A stretch of 64,000 nt of DNA from Deltaproteobacteria bacterium (GTDB taxonomy: Bacteria > Myxococcota_A > UBA9160 > UBA6930), in the NCBI GenBank assembly GCA_016875395.1, contig VGRF01000010.1:65065-129064 (forward strand), in the 5' to 3' direction. The stretch's first letter is position 1; every line of letters starts with the position of its first letter. The position numbers and the translations under genes were made by a program. Of this stretch, positions 1-9,411 are shown piece after piece. The notes beneath the pieces are model-generated. The model searched no databases. It worked only from the letters and a program-made list of their open reading frames with translations, and was not told the DNA's origin.

Positions 1-2138
1 ACCGGGGCGTCGACTTCGACCGCGTCCCTCGTGTCGGGGCTCGCCCGCCGGAGCCGCAGCGTGAGCGTGGCGCCGCGGCCCGGCTCGCTCTCTGCGCTCA
101 GCGAGCCGCCGTGCTGCGTCGCGATGCCCCGCGCAGCGGCGAGGCCGAGGCCCTTCGCCGTCGGCTTCGTACTGAAGAATGGCTCGAACGCGCGCCGCAG
201 CGTCTCGGCATCCATGCCGCAGCCGTCGTCGCGCACGCGCAACACCACGTCCGAGCCGTCTTCGTACGCATCTACGGCGACCCGACCGCCACTCGCAGGA
301 AGCGATTCGACCGCGTTGCGAAGCAGTACTGCGAGCAAATGCCCGAGTTGCACCGCGTCGCCAGCCACTCGCGGCAACGCTGCAGGAAGGGAAACCTCGA
401 CGAGCACGCCCGCCCGCGCCTCGGCAGCGAGAGCAGCCGCCTCGCGCTCGACCACGCGCTGCAAGTCCACGCGCGCCTCCCGCAGCGGCGCGCGGCCGGC
501 ATAGGCGAGGAGCTGATTCGCGAGCGCCGCGCCGCGTTCGGCGGCGTCCCGCACCTCGCGCATGTGCGCACTCGCGCGCGCCTCGGGCGACGCCGTGAGG
601 AGCGCGAGATCGGCGTTGCCGAGGATCGCGGCTAGCAGGTTGTTGAAACCGTGCGCCACACCACCCGCGAGCGCGGCGAGATCGTCGAGGCGCGCGGCGT
701 CGTGCGCGGCGCGCTCGCGGCGGCGACGCTCGGTCACGTCGGCGTTCAGGAAGAGCCGCGAATGAACGGCGCCGGCGTCACGCATCGGCACGGTGACGAC
801 TTCGATGATGCGGCCGTCGCTGAGCGTGAGGTCGCGGCGGAGGAACACATTCGGGTCGCGGCTCGTTTCGTCGAGTAAGCGCACGATGCCGTCCGCCGCG
901 CCTGAAGAACGCAGCGGCTCGCGCTGTGCCAGCTCCGCGATCGGACCCTTCGTCGCCTCGCCGCGCGGGACCTTCCAGAGGCGCTCCATCATGTCGTTCC
1001 CGAAGCGCACCCGCCCCTGGCGATCGACCACGGCGACCGCGAGGCCGGCGGCGTCGAACACGGCTTCGAGCAGCGCGGCGCGCTTGCGCGCTCGCTCGTT
1101 GGCGGATGCGAGCTCGCTCTCATCGCGCGCACGCAGCAGTAGCGCTGCGGCCTCCTGCCGCTCGTCGCGCACGACGAGCGTCGAGACTCGGAGCGTGCGC
1201 GCAGCGTCGCGCACGAACGTGAAGACCTCTCCCGGCGGCGCGACGCCGATGCGCAAGCGCTCGTCGACGGTGAGGTCGTCCGATGCCTCGCCGGAATTCA
1301 GCGCCTTCGCGACACGGCGCAGTGCTTCGCTCGGGTCGTCGAGCGCGGCGCCGAAGAGCGCGTGCGCGGCGGGATTCGCGTCGAGCAGGTGCCCGTCGCA
1401 GTCGAACAGCACGACGGCATCCGGATCCTGCGCCCGCAGCTCCGCGAACTCGACGGGCGCGAGCGAGAAGACGCGCCGCCGCGCAACCAGGAAGACCATC
1501 ACCGCGGAAGTGAGCGTGAATGCGGCGATGGTGGGGTCGAGCTCGCCCGGGCTGGGCATGGCGAGATAGACGACGTTCGCGACGAGCGGCGCGCACATCG
1601 CGAACGCCAGTGCGCGGCTGTTGGCGCGCACGCGCGGGCGCCGCGCACGCAGCGCGAGCCACGCCTGCACGCCGATCGCTCCCACCGCGGCGAGATACGT
1701 GATCGCGGTGTGCACCCAGAACAGCGGCCGGAACTCGCTGCGGAACGGCTGCGGCTCGAGGAACGCGCCGTGCCACGGGTTCGTGAGGAGCACCCCGAAG
1801 AAGAACGCGGCCGAGAGCGTGGGAACGTGGATCCAGCGCGCGTGCGCGAAGGAGAGGTGCTCTCCCTGCGCCTCCGCGTAGCGCAGCGACGTGATCCACC
1901 ACGCGGGCGGCACGCACATCAGGCCCCCGTAGAGCACGACGAGCCAGCGCCAGTGCTGCACGGGATCGTGCACAGTGAGGCGCGTCATCACGTCGGCGAT
2001 CGCGTACACGAGCGCACCGCCGATGCCGACGAGCAGCGCGGGCCTCAGCGCCCGCGGCGTCTCGCGACGCAACACGTCGACGAGGAGGAGCGCCATCGAG
2101 GCGACGCACGCAATGCCGACGAAGAGCCAAAATTGCAC
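1..2138 (-). CDS. Sensor histidine kinase (7TM N-terminal domain, PAS-like middle, HisKA + HATPase_c); 3' end runs off the left edge
   Basis: Absent from the ORF track because it is open at the window edge. Reverse translation of about 130-190 gives FEPFFSTKPTAKGLGLAAARGI (HATPase_c G-box). About 640-670 gives GGVAHGFNNLL (H-box). From GTG at 2138 it reads VQFWLFVGIACVASMALLLVD followed by multiple hydrophobic helices. The frame agrees at all three points. Confidence 0.8.
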   Translation of the reverse strand, partial: MQFWLFVGIACVASMALLLVDVLRRETPRALRPALLVGIGGALVYAIADVMTRLTVHDPVQHWRWLVVLYGGLMCVPPAWWITSLRYAEAQGEHLSFAHARWIHVPTLSAAFFFGVLLTNPWHGAFLEPQPFRSEFRPLFWVHTAITYLAAVGAIGVQAWLALRARRPRVRANSRALAFAMCAPLVANVVYLAMPSPGELDPTIAAFTLTSAVMVFLVARRRVFSLAPVEFAELRAQDPDAVVLFDCDGHLLDANPAAHALFGAALDDPSEALRRVAKALNSGEASDDLTVDERLRIGVAPPGEVFTFVRDAARTLRVSTLVVRDERQEAAALLLRARDESELASANERARKRAALLEAVFDAAGLAVAVVDRQGRVRFGNDMMERLWKVPRGEATKGPIAELAQREPLRSSGAADGIVRLLDETSRDPNVFLRRDLTLSDGRIIEVVTVPMRDAGAVHSRLFLNADVTERRRRERAAHDAARLDDLAALAGGVAHGFNNLLAAILGNADLALLTASPEARASAHMREVRDAAERGAALANQLLAYAGRAPLREARVDLQRVVEREAAALAAEARAGVLVEVSLPAALPRVAGDAVQLGHLLAVLLRNAVESLPASGGRVAVDAYEDGSDVVLRVRDDGCGMDAETLRRAFEPFFSTKPTAKGLGLAAARGIATQHGGSLSAESEPGRGATLTLRLRRASPDTRDAVEVDAP

Positions 2139-2231
2139 GAGGGAACCCTGTCCGCGCGCCGGCAGCCGCGCGTCGCGCCCATCCTACTCCGGTCGCCGTA
2201 TGCTGTTCGCGCGAATCGAGGAGTTTTTTCG

Positions 2232-3332
2232 ATGCGCGCTTTGGTGATCGGCGGCACAGGTCCGACGGGCCATTTCATCGTGAACGGCCTGCGCGCGCGC
2301 GGTTATCAGGTCGCGATGCTGCACTCGGGGCGACACGAAGTGCCCGAGATCCCGGGCGACGTCGAGCACGTGCACACGAATCCGTTCGACGAAGCGGCGC
2401 TGCGCGAGGCGCTCGGCGCGCGCACGTTCGACGTGTGCGTCGCGACGTACGGGCGCCTGCGCGTCACGGCGAAGGTGATGGCGGGGCGCTGCGGGCGCTT
2501 CGTCTCGGTGGGCGGCGCGCCGGCGTACAGCGGGTACATGAACGCCGACGCGTGGACGCCGGCCGGGATGCCGGTGCCCACGCGCGAGGACGCACGCACG
2601 GTGCCGGGCGAGAGCGAAGACGCGAAGGGCTTCCGCATCCGCCGCACCGAGGAAGCGGTGCTCGCGATCCACCCGACGGCGGCGCACTTCCGATATCCGT
2701 ACGTCTACGGCAAGTACCAGCTGCTGCCGCGCGAGTGGCTGGTCGTCAGGCGCATCCTCGATCGCCGCCCGTTCATCGTCGTACCCGACGATGGCCTCAC
2801 GCTCTGCCACTACGGCTACGCGCAGAACCTCGCGCATGCGCTGCTGCTCGCCATCGACAAGCCCGAGGCCTCGGCGGGCGAGATCTACAACTGCGGCGAC
2901 GAGGAGATCCTCACGCTGCGCCAGGTGATCGAGCTCGTGACGGCGGCCTGCGGCGCGCAGCTCGAGCTCGTATCGATGCCGTGGGAGCTCGCCGTGTGCG
3001 CGCGGCCGCTCGTGATGCAGCAGCGCACGACGCACCGCGTGCTCGATCTCACCAAGCTGCGCGTGCAGCTCGGCTACCGCGATGTCGTGCCCGCACGCGA
3101 GGCGCTCGCCGCGACGGCGCGCGAGCTGCTGGCGAATCCGCTCGAGCGCGGCGGCAAGGAAGAGAAGTCGCTCACCGATCCGTTCGACTACGCGGCGGAA
3201 GACGACCTCGTCGGGAGTTGGCGCCGCGCGCTCGCCTCGGTGCCCCCGCCGAAGTTCGCGCGCGAGCCGGGCTTCACGCTGTCGTACAGCGGGCCGGGCG
3301 GAACCGCGCGCAAGGGAGCGTTCGAAGAATGA
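2232..3332 (+). CDS. NAD-dependent epimerase/dehydratase family protein
   Basis: Internal ATG (codon 291) of ORF 1362..3332. The N-terminus MRALVIGGTGPTGHFIV is a Rossmann GxxGxxG. The upstream part of the ORF is shadow of the kinase gene. Confidence 0.8.
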   Translation: MRALVIGGTGPTGHFIVNGLRARGYQVAMLHSGRHEVPEIPGDVEHVHTNPFDEAALREALGARTFDVCVATYGRLRVTAKVMAGRCGRFVSVGGAPAYSGYMNADAWTPAGMPVPTREDARTVPGESEDAKGFRIRRTEEAVLAIHPTAAHFRYPYVYGKYQLLPREWLVVRRILDRRPFIVVPDDGLTLCHYGYAQNLAHALLLAIDKPEASAGEIYNCGDEEILTLRQVIELVTAACGAQLELVSMPWELAVCARPLVMQQRTTHRVLDLTKLRVQLGYRDVVPAREALAATARELLANPLERGGKEEKSLTDPFDYAAEDDLVGSWRRALASVPPPKFAREPGFTLSYSGPGGTARKGAFEE

Positions 3333-3415
3333 GCCCGACGAGTCACTGCGAGAGGCACGCAAGCGAGCGAAGCGAGCGCGCAGCGAGCCGGAGGTGAGCG
3401 AAGTGAAACAAGCTG
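3320..3415 (+). repeat. Intergenic repeat family, copy R1 (ends 6 nt before the CoA-transferase ATG)
   Basis: Core GCAAGCGAGCGAAGCGAGCGCGCAGCGAGCCGGAGGTGAGCGAAGTGAAACAAG. Confidence 0.7.
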
Positions 3416-3420
3416 GCCCG

Positions 3421-4590
3421 ATGGCGGGCGTGAAGGTCGTCGATCTCACGATCGCGCTCTCCGGACCGTGGGCGATCGGATTGCTCGCGGATCAGGGCGC
3501 GGAGGTGATCAAGATCGAGCCGCCGGGGATCGGCGACATCGGGCGCTGGGTGGGCGTCGCGCGCGGCGGCGTCTCGGCGATGGCGCAGTTCGCGAATCGC
3601 GGGAAGCGCTCGCTGTGCGTGAACCTCCAGACCGACGAGGGGCGCGACATCGTGCGCGCGCTGGCAATGCGTGCCGACGTGTTCGCGCAGAACTTCCGGC
3701 CCGGCGTGATCGAGCGATTAGGGCTCGGCTACGACGAGCTGCGTCGCGACAACCCAGAGCTCGTCTACCTCTCGATCAGCGGCTTCGGCGACACGGGCCC
3801 CTACGCGGAGAAGAGCGCCTACGACCCTGTCGTGCAGGCGTACGGCGGCCTCGCCGCGACGCAGGCCGGGCGCGACGGACCGCCGCAGCTGATTCGGCAC
3901 ACCGCAGCCGACAAGATCAGCTCGCTCACCGCGTCACAGGCCGTGACCGCCGCGCTCTTCGCGCGCGCGAACGGGCGCGGCGGGCAGCACGTGCGCGTGC
4001 CGATGCTCGACGCAGTGGTGAACTTCGTGTGGGCCGACGCCGCCGGGAACGAAGTGCTGCTCGACGCGGATCACTCGCAGCCTTCGAGCTTCGCGCGCGA
4101 CCAGAAGCTCTGGCCGACGAAGGACGGCTTCGTGATCGCGGCGCCCACCGGCGACGAGGACACGGCGCGCATCTGCCGCGCCGCGGGCGTCGACGGTTAC
4201 GACGACCCGCAGACGAAGCTGATGCAGCGCCGCGCGAACCCCGGCCCGTTCCAAGAGTTGTTAAGGCGCGTGCTCGAGAGCGTGGCGCAGATGACGACCG
4301 CCGAGGCGATGGAGCGCTTCGATCGCGAGAAGGCGCCTGCCGGCGCCGTGCTCGGGCCCGAGTCGCATCACCTCGATCCGCACGTCGCCGCGACGGGGCT
4401 CCTGGAAGACAGCGTGCACCCCGCCGCGGGCCGCGTGCGCCAGCCGCGTCCCGCCGCGCGCTTCGAGCGCACGCCCGCGCGCATCGGCGCGCCCGCACCG
4501 ACGCTCGGGCAGCACACGGACGAGATCCTGCGCGAGCTCGGCTTCGCGGATCGCATCGCCGCGCTGCGGGAGAAGAAGGTGGTGGCGTAG
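3421..4590 (+). CDS. Family III CoA-transferase (CaiB/BaiF type)
   Basis: Internal ATG (codon 114) of ORF 3082..4590. MAGVKVVDLTIALSGPWAIGLLADQGAEVIKIEPPGIGD is the typical N-terminus of this family. Confidence 0.85.
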   Translation: MAGVKVVDLTIALSGPWAIGLLADQGAEVIKIEPPGIGDIGRWVGVARGGVSAMAQFANRGKRSLCVNLQTDEGRDIVRALAMRADVFAQNFRPGVIERLGLGYDELRRDNPELVYLSISGFGDTGPYAEKSAYDPVVQAYGGLAATQAGRDGPPQLIRHTAADKISSLTASQAVTAALFARANGRGGQHVRVPMLDAVVNFVWADAAGNEVLLDADHSQPSSFARDQKLWPTKDGFVIAAPTGDEDTARICRAAGVDGYDDPQTKLMQRRANPGPFQELLRRVLESVAQMTTAEAMERFDREKAPAGAVLGPESHHLDPHVAATGLLEDSVHPAAGRVRQPRPAARFERTPARIGAPAPTLGQHTDEILRELGFADRIAALREKKVVA

Positions 4591-4596
4591 GGCGGC

Positions 4597-4648
4597 AGCG
4601 AACGTTCGAACTTCGCTCGCCTGCGGCTCGCTGCGCGCTCCGCTTGCG
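4597..4648 (-). repeat. Intergenic repeat family, copy R2 (inverted, partial)
   Basis: The reverse complement reads GCGCAAGCGGAGCGCGCAGCGAGCCGCAGGCGAGCGAAGTTCGAACG. Confidence 0.65.
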
Positions 4649-5518
4649 CTACCCGAGCTTCTTCGTCAGCAGCTCGCGGCCCGTCGCCGTGAAGCCCTCG
4701 GCGAGATAGAGCCGCTGCGCCTCGTTGCCTGGTTCCACCTCGAGATGCAGCTGCCGCACGCCGCTCGCACGCGCGTCGGCCTCGAGCGCGCGAAGCAGCG
4801 CGCGGCCGAGTCCGCGCCCTCGCGCGTCGGGCGCGACGTAGAGCTCGTCCACGAAAGCGTCGCGGCCGCGAAACTCGATCGAGTGCCCGAAGCAAAGCGC
4901 CGCGTAGCCGAGCGCGCGGCCGTTCTCGCGAGCGACGAGCATGCTCCCGCGCTGAGCGACGCCGAGGAGCTCGAGCACGGCGCTGCGCAGCGCGTCGTCG
5001 CCGGCGGCGTAACCCTCCTCGCGCTGGAATGCGTCGACGAGCGGCAGCAGCTCGGGGAGGTTGTTAGGCGCCGCGCGCTCGATCGAGACGCCAGTGGGCG
5101 CCTCGAACGCGCCGGCGTCGCCCGCCAGCCGGCGCCAAGCGATCGCGCCGAACACGAGCGCCGCGATCTCGCCAGCGTGCAGCGCAAAGCCGAGTGCGTT
5201 CGGCGCACCCGCGAGCGCGAAGCTCACCACGCGCGCGCTCGCGAGCCCCGCGTAGAGCAGGAGCTGCGCCGCGAGCCCGACGCGCACGAGCGCTTCGTTC
5301 GCGCGCGCCGCGAGCGCGAGCAACAAGCCGCACGCGAGCTGCAGCCCGCCATACACCGCGCGCACGTCGTTGTCCGCGGTGGCGCCGCTGAGCGCGAGCC
5401 CGACGCGCTCCGCGAGCGCATGGGGCGCGAGCAAGAACGCGGCGCCGATCGCGAAGAAAGGCAGCGCGCTCGCGGCGAGCACGAAGCGGGCGAAACCGAT
5501 GCCGCGCGTGCGACTCAC
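4649..5518 (-). CDS. Fusion protein: N-terminal 4-helix membrane domain (DUF4345-like) + C-terminal GNAT N-acetyltransferase
   Basis: 289-aa ORF. The first roughly 125 aa are hydrophobic helices. The C-terminus reads VDELYVAPDARGRGLGRALLRALEADA (GNAT motif A, acetyl-CoA loop). Confidence 0.75.
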   Translation of the reverse strand: MSRTRGIGFARFVLAASALPFFAIGAAFLLAPHALAERVGLALSGATADNDVRAVYGGLQLACGLLLALAARANEALVRVGLAAQLLLYAGLASARVVSFALAGAPNALGFALHAGEIAALVFGAIAWRRLAGDAGAFEAPTGVSIERAAPNNLPELLPLVDAFQREEGYAAGDDALRSAVLELLGVAQRGSMLVARENGRALGYAALCFGHSIEFRGRDAFVDELYVAPDARGRGLGRALLRALEADARASGVRQLHLEVEPGNEAQRLYLAEGFTATGRELLTKKLG

Positions 5519-6042
5519 CGGACGCGGGCAGAGAACGTCGCGAAGAGGACTTCACCGACGACGCGGTCCGGCGGAGGAGCGAGTGGCGTCGCACTCGTCA
5601 CTGCCCGAAGCGTGCTGCGCGCCGCGGCATCACTCGTCGAGCTGAGAACCCTCGCGTAGGTGACACAGCCGTTCGCCGCGACCTGGAACTCCATCTCGAC
5701 CGTCGCGCTGACCGAGGTCGGCCCGGTCCAGTGGCGAAGGACTCGGGCCCTGCCGGCGCGCAGATAGGCTTCGGCCTCGCGTTTGTGCTCGTCCGGCGTA
5801 CGGACCCCATACGTGCTTTGCACGGCAGCGGGCAGCACCGCATCACGCCCAGGCGGCGGTGGACTCGGGGGGCGAGGCTGCGCCGCGGCGCCGTTCGAGC
5901 CAGCGAGGGGGTCGGTTCGTCCGAACGAGTAGGCCTCTTCGCGCGTGATCGGCGTTTCACGAAGATCCGGGCACGCGATGCGCGGGGGATTCGCGCAGGC
6001 GATGCACGCGAGTCCGAGGAGTGCGAAGCGTCGAGACCTCAT
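5515..6042 (-). CDS. Putative lipoprotein, unknown function
   Basis: Internal ATG (codon 37) of ORF 5515..6150. MRSRRFALLGLACIAC is a signal peptide with a lipobox-like LAC, followed by a Pro-rich linker. Confidence 0.55.
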   Translation of the reverse strand: MRSRRFALLGLACIACANPPRIACPDLRETPITREEAYSFGRTDPLAGSNGAAAQPRPPSPPPPGRDAVLPAAVQSTYGVRTPDEHKREAEAYLRAGRARVLRHWTGPTSVSATVEMEFQVAANGCVTYARVLSSTSDAAARSTLRAVTSATPLAPPPDRVVGEVLFATFSARVR

Positions 6043-6073
6043 AACAACCTCGCGGCCGAAGCTATCACGCGCC

Positions 6074-6619
6074 TCACTTCCGGAAGTACGGATTCTCCGG
6101 CGCGCCTCGCGCCGCGAGCACGTCTTCGGTGCGCGGCTCGCGCTTCGCACCCGCAGCGAGGGCGGCGCACGTGGCGGCGAGGTTGTTGCGGTACACGGCT
6201 TCTTCGTCGCGCGCCTCGGGCGAGACCCACACCGCGGCGATCAGCACGAGCGCGTCGACCAGCGCGCGCGGGATCACGCCAGCGGCCACGGACTCGGCGA
6301 CCCCCTGCGCGACGCCCGCCTGCGCGGCGCCCCAGGTGAGCTTGCCGTGCAGCGCCTCCGTCACGGTCGCCTTGCTCACGAACAGCGTGAACGGCTTCAC
6401 CGGTAGACCTGGCTTCAGCACCACGAGGAACGGCGTGTGCCCGGGCGACGGCTGCGCGAGCGCGGTCGCGAACGCAGCCTCTGCGGGGCCGCCGCGCGCG
6501 CCGAGCACGGTGTTCACGTGCGCCGAGTCGCCGCCTTCGCCCGCAAAGCCCTCGCCAATCTGCGTGACGAACGAACGCGCGCCGCGCGCGCTCGACTTGT
6601 ACCGCCGCCTCGCCGCCAT
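6074..6619 (-). CDS. fae: Formaldehyde-activating enzyme (Fae) family protein
   Basis: ORF 6074..6637 (start at second Met). IGEGFAGEGGDSAHVNTVLGARGGPAE...FLVVLKPGLPVKPFTLFVSKATV...VWVSPEA aligns by eye with the H4MPT-dependent Fae. Confidence 0.75.
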   Translation of the reverse strand: MAARRRYKSSARGARSFVTQIGEGFAGEGGDSAHVNTVLGARGGPAEAAFATALAQPSPGHTPFLVVLKPGLPVKPFTLFVSKATVTEALHGKLTWGAAQAGVAQGVAESVAAGVIPRALVDALVLIAAVWVSPEARDEEAVYRNNLAATCAALAAGAKREPRTEDVLAARGAPENPYFRK

Positions 6620-6668
6620 CGCGTGTCCTCCGCTCACGCGCGGAGAACGGCGAGCGAGCCGCGCGACG

Positions 6669-7100
6669 TTATCGCCGCCGCCAGCCGATCACGTCGTAGC
6701 CGCGGTCGCGCAGGCAGCGGTTCACGTAGCGCGCATACACCGGATCGACGCGCCCGTGCCGGCGCGGGTGAAGGATCGAGCGCACCACCGTGGCCGTCGC
6801 GGCACCCGCCGCGCCGCCTGCAGCACCACGCGCCGCGCTGCGCCCGACCGCTGCGCCAACCGCGGCGCCGGTCGCCGCGCCCGTCGCGGTGTTCGCGGCG
6901 GTGCGCTTCGCGGTGTCCTCCGCGCCGCTCGACGCGCTCCCGCCCACGTCGCCGTTCGCGCGCGCGAGGCACTCGTCGATGTCGCGCTGCGCCTGCTCGC
7001 GCCCGACGCGCTCGAGCTTCTCGTTCGGGTAGAGCACCGGCCGCGGCGTGGCGCAGGCCAGGAGCGAGAGAGCGAGTAGGAGCAGGGCGAGCTTGCGCAT
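6669..7100 (-). CDS. Glycine-zipper lipoprotein
   Basis: MRKLALLLLALSLLAC is a signal/lipobox. GAATGAAVGAAVGRSAARGAAGGAAGAA is a Gly-zipper region. Confidence 0.6.
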   Translation of the reverse strand: MRKLALLLLALSLLACATPRPVLYPNEKLERVGREQAQRDIDECLARANGDVGGSASSGAEDTAKRTAANTATGAATGAAVGAAVGRSAARGAAGGAAGAATATVVRSILHPRRHGRVDPVYARYVNRCLRDRGYDVIGWRRR

Positions 7101-7225
7101 CGTGCACCTCGAAGGGTCGAACCGCGCGGCCGGCGTGCGGTTGCGGCGATGCTACCCGGGAGCCGCCGCCACACGCGGCCCGCGCGGCCGCGAGTCGACC
7201 GCGCGCGCGGTGAATCGAAGCCGGT

Positions 7226-7597
7226 TCACGCGACGGCCCCGATCCCGCGAAACGCGAAGAACACCGCGCCGAGCAGGCACAACCCCGCCCACGCGAAGTC
7301 GATGCCGACCGGCACGCGCATGAACCAGATCGCGAACGGGACGAACACCACGAGCGTGATCACCTCCTGCAGGATCTTCAGCTGCGGGAGCGTCATCACC
7401 GTGAAGCCGATGCGATTCGCGGGCACCTGCAGCTGATACTCGAAGAACGCGACGCCCCACGAGAGCAGCGCCGCGATCCACCACGGCTTGTCGGCGAGCG
7501 ACTTCAGGTGGCCGTACCAGGCGTAGGTCATGAAGAGGTTCGAGAGAGTGAGCAGCAGCACGGTCTGAAGCGCGGCGGGCATGAGCGTCTCCTGCAC
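7226..7597 (-). CDS. DMT-superfamily small membrane protein (DUF486-like)
   Basis: 123 aa with four predicted helices. Contains LSNLFMTYAWYGHLK...FEYQLQVPANRIG. The start may be the Met at 7582. Confidence 0.65.
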   Translation of the reverse strand: MQETLMPAALQTVLLLTLSNLFMTYAWYGHLKSLADKPWWIAALLSWGVAFFEYQLQVPANRIGFTVMTLPQLKILQEVITLVVFVPFAIWFMRVPVGIDFAWAGLCLLGAVFFAFRGIGAVA

Positions 7598-7606
7598 ACG
7601 CGGCCG

Positions 7607-7891
7607 TCAGCGCCGGCGCGTGTTCTCGGTTTCGATCTCGTCCACGAGATCGAGGATCTGCGCGAAGCGCGCGCCGAAGGGCGTGAGCGTGTACTCGACG
7701 CGCGGCGGAATCTCGCGGAACGCGCGCTTCGCGATCACGCCGAAGCGCAAGAGCTTCGCGAGGCGTTCGTTCATCACCTTCGCGCTGATGCCGTCGACGG
7801 CGCGCTGAATCGCGCCGGGCCGCGCGACGCCGCGGCGCACGGCGCCGAGCACGGCGAGCGACCACTTGCAGCCGACGACGTCCTCGACCAT
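7607..7891 (-). CDS. HxlR-family transcriptional regulator
   Basis: C-terminal part of ORF 7607..8032. VGCKWSLAVLGAV...RPGAIQRAVDGISAKVMNERLAKLLRFGVI...YTLTPFG. The start is uncertain (ATG 7891 chosen). Confidence 0.65.
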   Translation of the reverse strand: MVEDVVGCKWSLAVLGAVRRGVARPGAIQRAVDGISAKVMNERLAKLLRFGVIAKRAFREIPPRVEYTLTPFGARFAQILDLVDEIETENTRRR

Positions 7892-8043
7892 GCGCGCGAC
7901 CGTCGTTCGCGAAGTTTTTTTCGTGCGCCGCGTCGCCAAGATGAACCGTTTCGTGCCTACCCCACGCGCGAGTGCGTGCTCGACAACGGTACTCCCGCGC
8001 GGTGACGATTGCGCGAGCGCAACACCGCGCATGAGGAGAAGTC

Positions 8044-8535
8044 ATGCACCGCACCGCACTCTTTTCGCTCGCCGCCGCCGGGCTGCTCGCCGCAACGCTC
8101 GCCTTCGCCTTCGCCGACGCCGCGAGCGTCGACTACCAGACCGGCTATCGCGAGTGGACCCACGTGAAGTCGATGGTGATCGAAGAGGGCCACCCGCTCT
8201 TCGCGAGCTTCGGCGGCATTCACCACCTCTACGCGAACGAGAAGGCGATCGAGGGCTACCGCGCGGGCAAGTTTCCCGACGGCGCGGTGATCGCGTTCGA
8301 TCTGCTCGAAGCCGCGCGCGCCGAAGGCGCCGTGACCGAGGGCGCACGCAAAGTGCTCGGCGTGATGCAGAAGGACGCCGCGAAGTTCGCTGCCACCGGC
8401 GGCTGGGGCTTCGAAGGATTCGCGGGCGGCGACGCGACGAAGCGCGCCGTCGGCGCGAACGCGGTGGAAGCTTGTTATGGCTGCCACGCGTCGCAGGCGG
8501 ATCGCGACTACGTGTTCAGCGCGTGGCGCGAGTGA
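8044..8535 (+). CDS. Cytochrome P460-family haem protein
   Basis: Has a signal peptide and a single C-terminal CYGCH haem-c motif. YREWTHVKS...GIHHLYAN is typical of P460. Confidence 0.7.
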   Translation: MHRTALFSLAAAGLLAATLAFAFADAASVDYQTGYREWTHVKSMVIEEGHPLFASFGGIHHLYANEKAIEGYRAGKFPDGAVIAFDLLEAARAEGAVTEGARKVLGVMQKDAAKFAATGGWGFEGFAGGDATKRAVGANAVEACYGCHASQADRDYVFSAWRE

Positions 8536-8581
8536 GCTGAGGCGCGCGGCGCGCAGCGACGAGGCTGCGCGCCGCGCGTGC

Positions 8582-9247
8582 TCACTGGATTCGGCGAATC
8601 GACACGCGCGCGACGGGGTTGCGCCAATCGCGCTCGGCGTCGTCGAAGTCGCCGACACCGTGCATGCCGTTGTGCACGTGCACGAAGCCCTCTTCGCCGC
8701 CGCTCGGGGCGCCGCCGCCGCCGGGGCCGCCGCACTCGGCGAAGCCGGGCCCCGGAATCGAGGCGCAGCTCTCGTCGTTGCGCTCACTGCCAGCGTCGTA
8801 AGCGACGGCGTTCAGTGTCACCGGGACACGATTCTTCGGGAGCGTCGTGCCGTTCACCGCCACGAACGCGTCGTTCGTGGGGATCAGCATGGCTGCGACG
8901 CTGAGTTGCTCGCCGGGGACGCCGCGAATCACGACTTGCACCGAAGCGCCCGGCGCGAGCAGTCCGCTCGTGCTGCTCACCTCGCGCACGCCGGAGGTCG
9001 CCTGCAGCGCGCTCGCGAGCGGAGCGGTGTCGCCTTCCTCCGCGAGCGTCGCGAGCTCGGGCGAGGCTGGCATGCCGACCGAGAAGAGCCGCGCGCCCTC
9101 ACCGTGGGTGGCGACCAGCACGGGCGTGAAGCGCTGATTGCGCGTCGCGTTGGTGAGCGTGACCTCGTACGTGGCCAGGCGGGTTTCCGCGAGCGCCGGG
9201 ACCGCGGCGGCGGCGAGGGCCGCACAAAGAAGAGTTCGCATTCGCAT
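8582..9247 (-). CDS. Secreted spondin_N-domain protein
   Basis: Internal ATG (codon 86) of ORF 8582..9502. Signal peptide MRMRTLLCAALAAAAVPALA. Also YEVTLTNATRNQRFTPVLVATH...MLIPTNDAFVAV. Confidence 0.6.
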   Translation of the reverse strand: MRMRTLLCAALAAAAVPALAETRLATYEVTLTNATRNQRFTPVLVATHGEGARLFSVGMPASPELATLAEEGDTAPLASALQATSGVREVSSTSGLLAPGASVQVVIRGVPGEQLSVAAMLIPTNDAFVAVNGTTLPKNRVPVTLNAVAYDAGSERNDESCASIPGPGFAECGGPGGGGAPSGGEEGFVHVHNGMHGVGDFDDAERDWRNPVARVSIRRIQ

Positions 9248-9411
9248 CGAGTTGCTCCTGATTGGGGATGCGCCGCGGCTCGCACCGCGCGAGAGAGGCG
9301 CACCCGGAGCAACAGGCGAGCCCCCACGAAAGTTCCCGCTTCGCTCGCGAACCCCCCGCGTAACCGAAAGGCCGGCTGGAACGTTCGCGCCCGAGGCTTC
9401 GAGGCACGTTC

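Noticed and set aside
1120-2130. 336-aa minus-strand ORF at the 5' end of the kinase locus
   Set aside because: It is in a different frame from the 7TM/PAS/HATPase reading frame, which is continuous from GTG 2138 to the window edge. Its composition is shadow-like.
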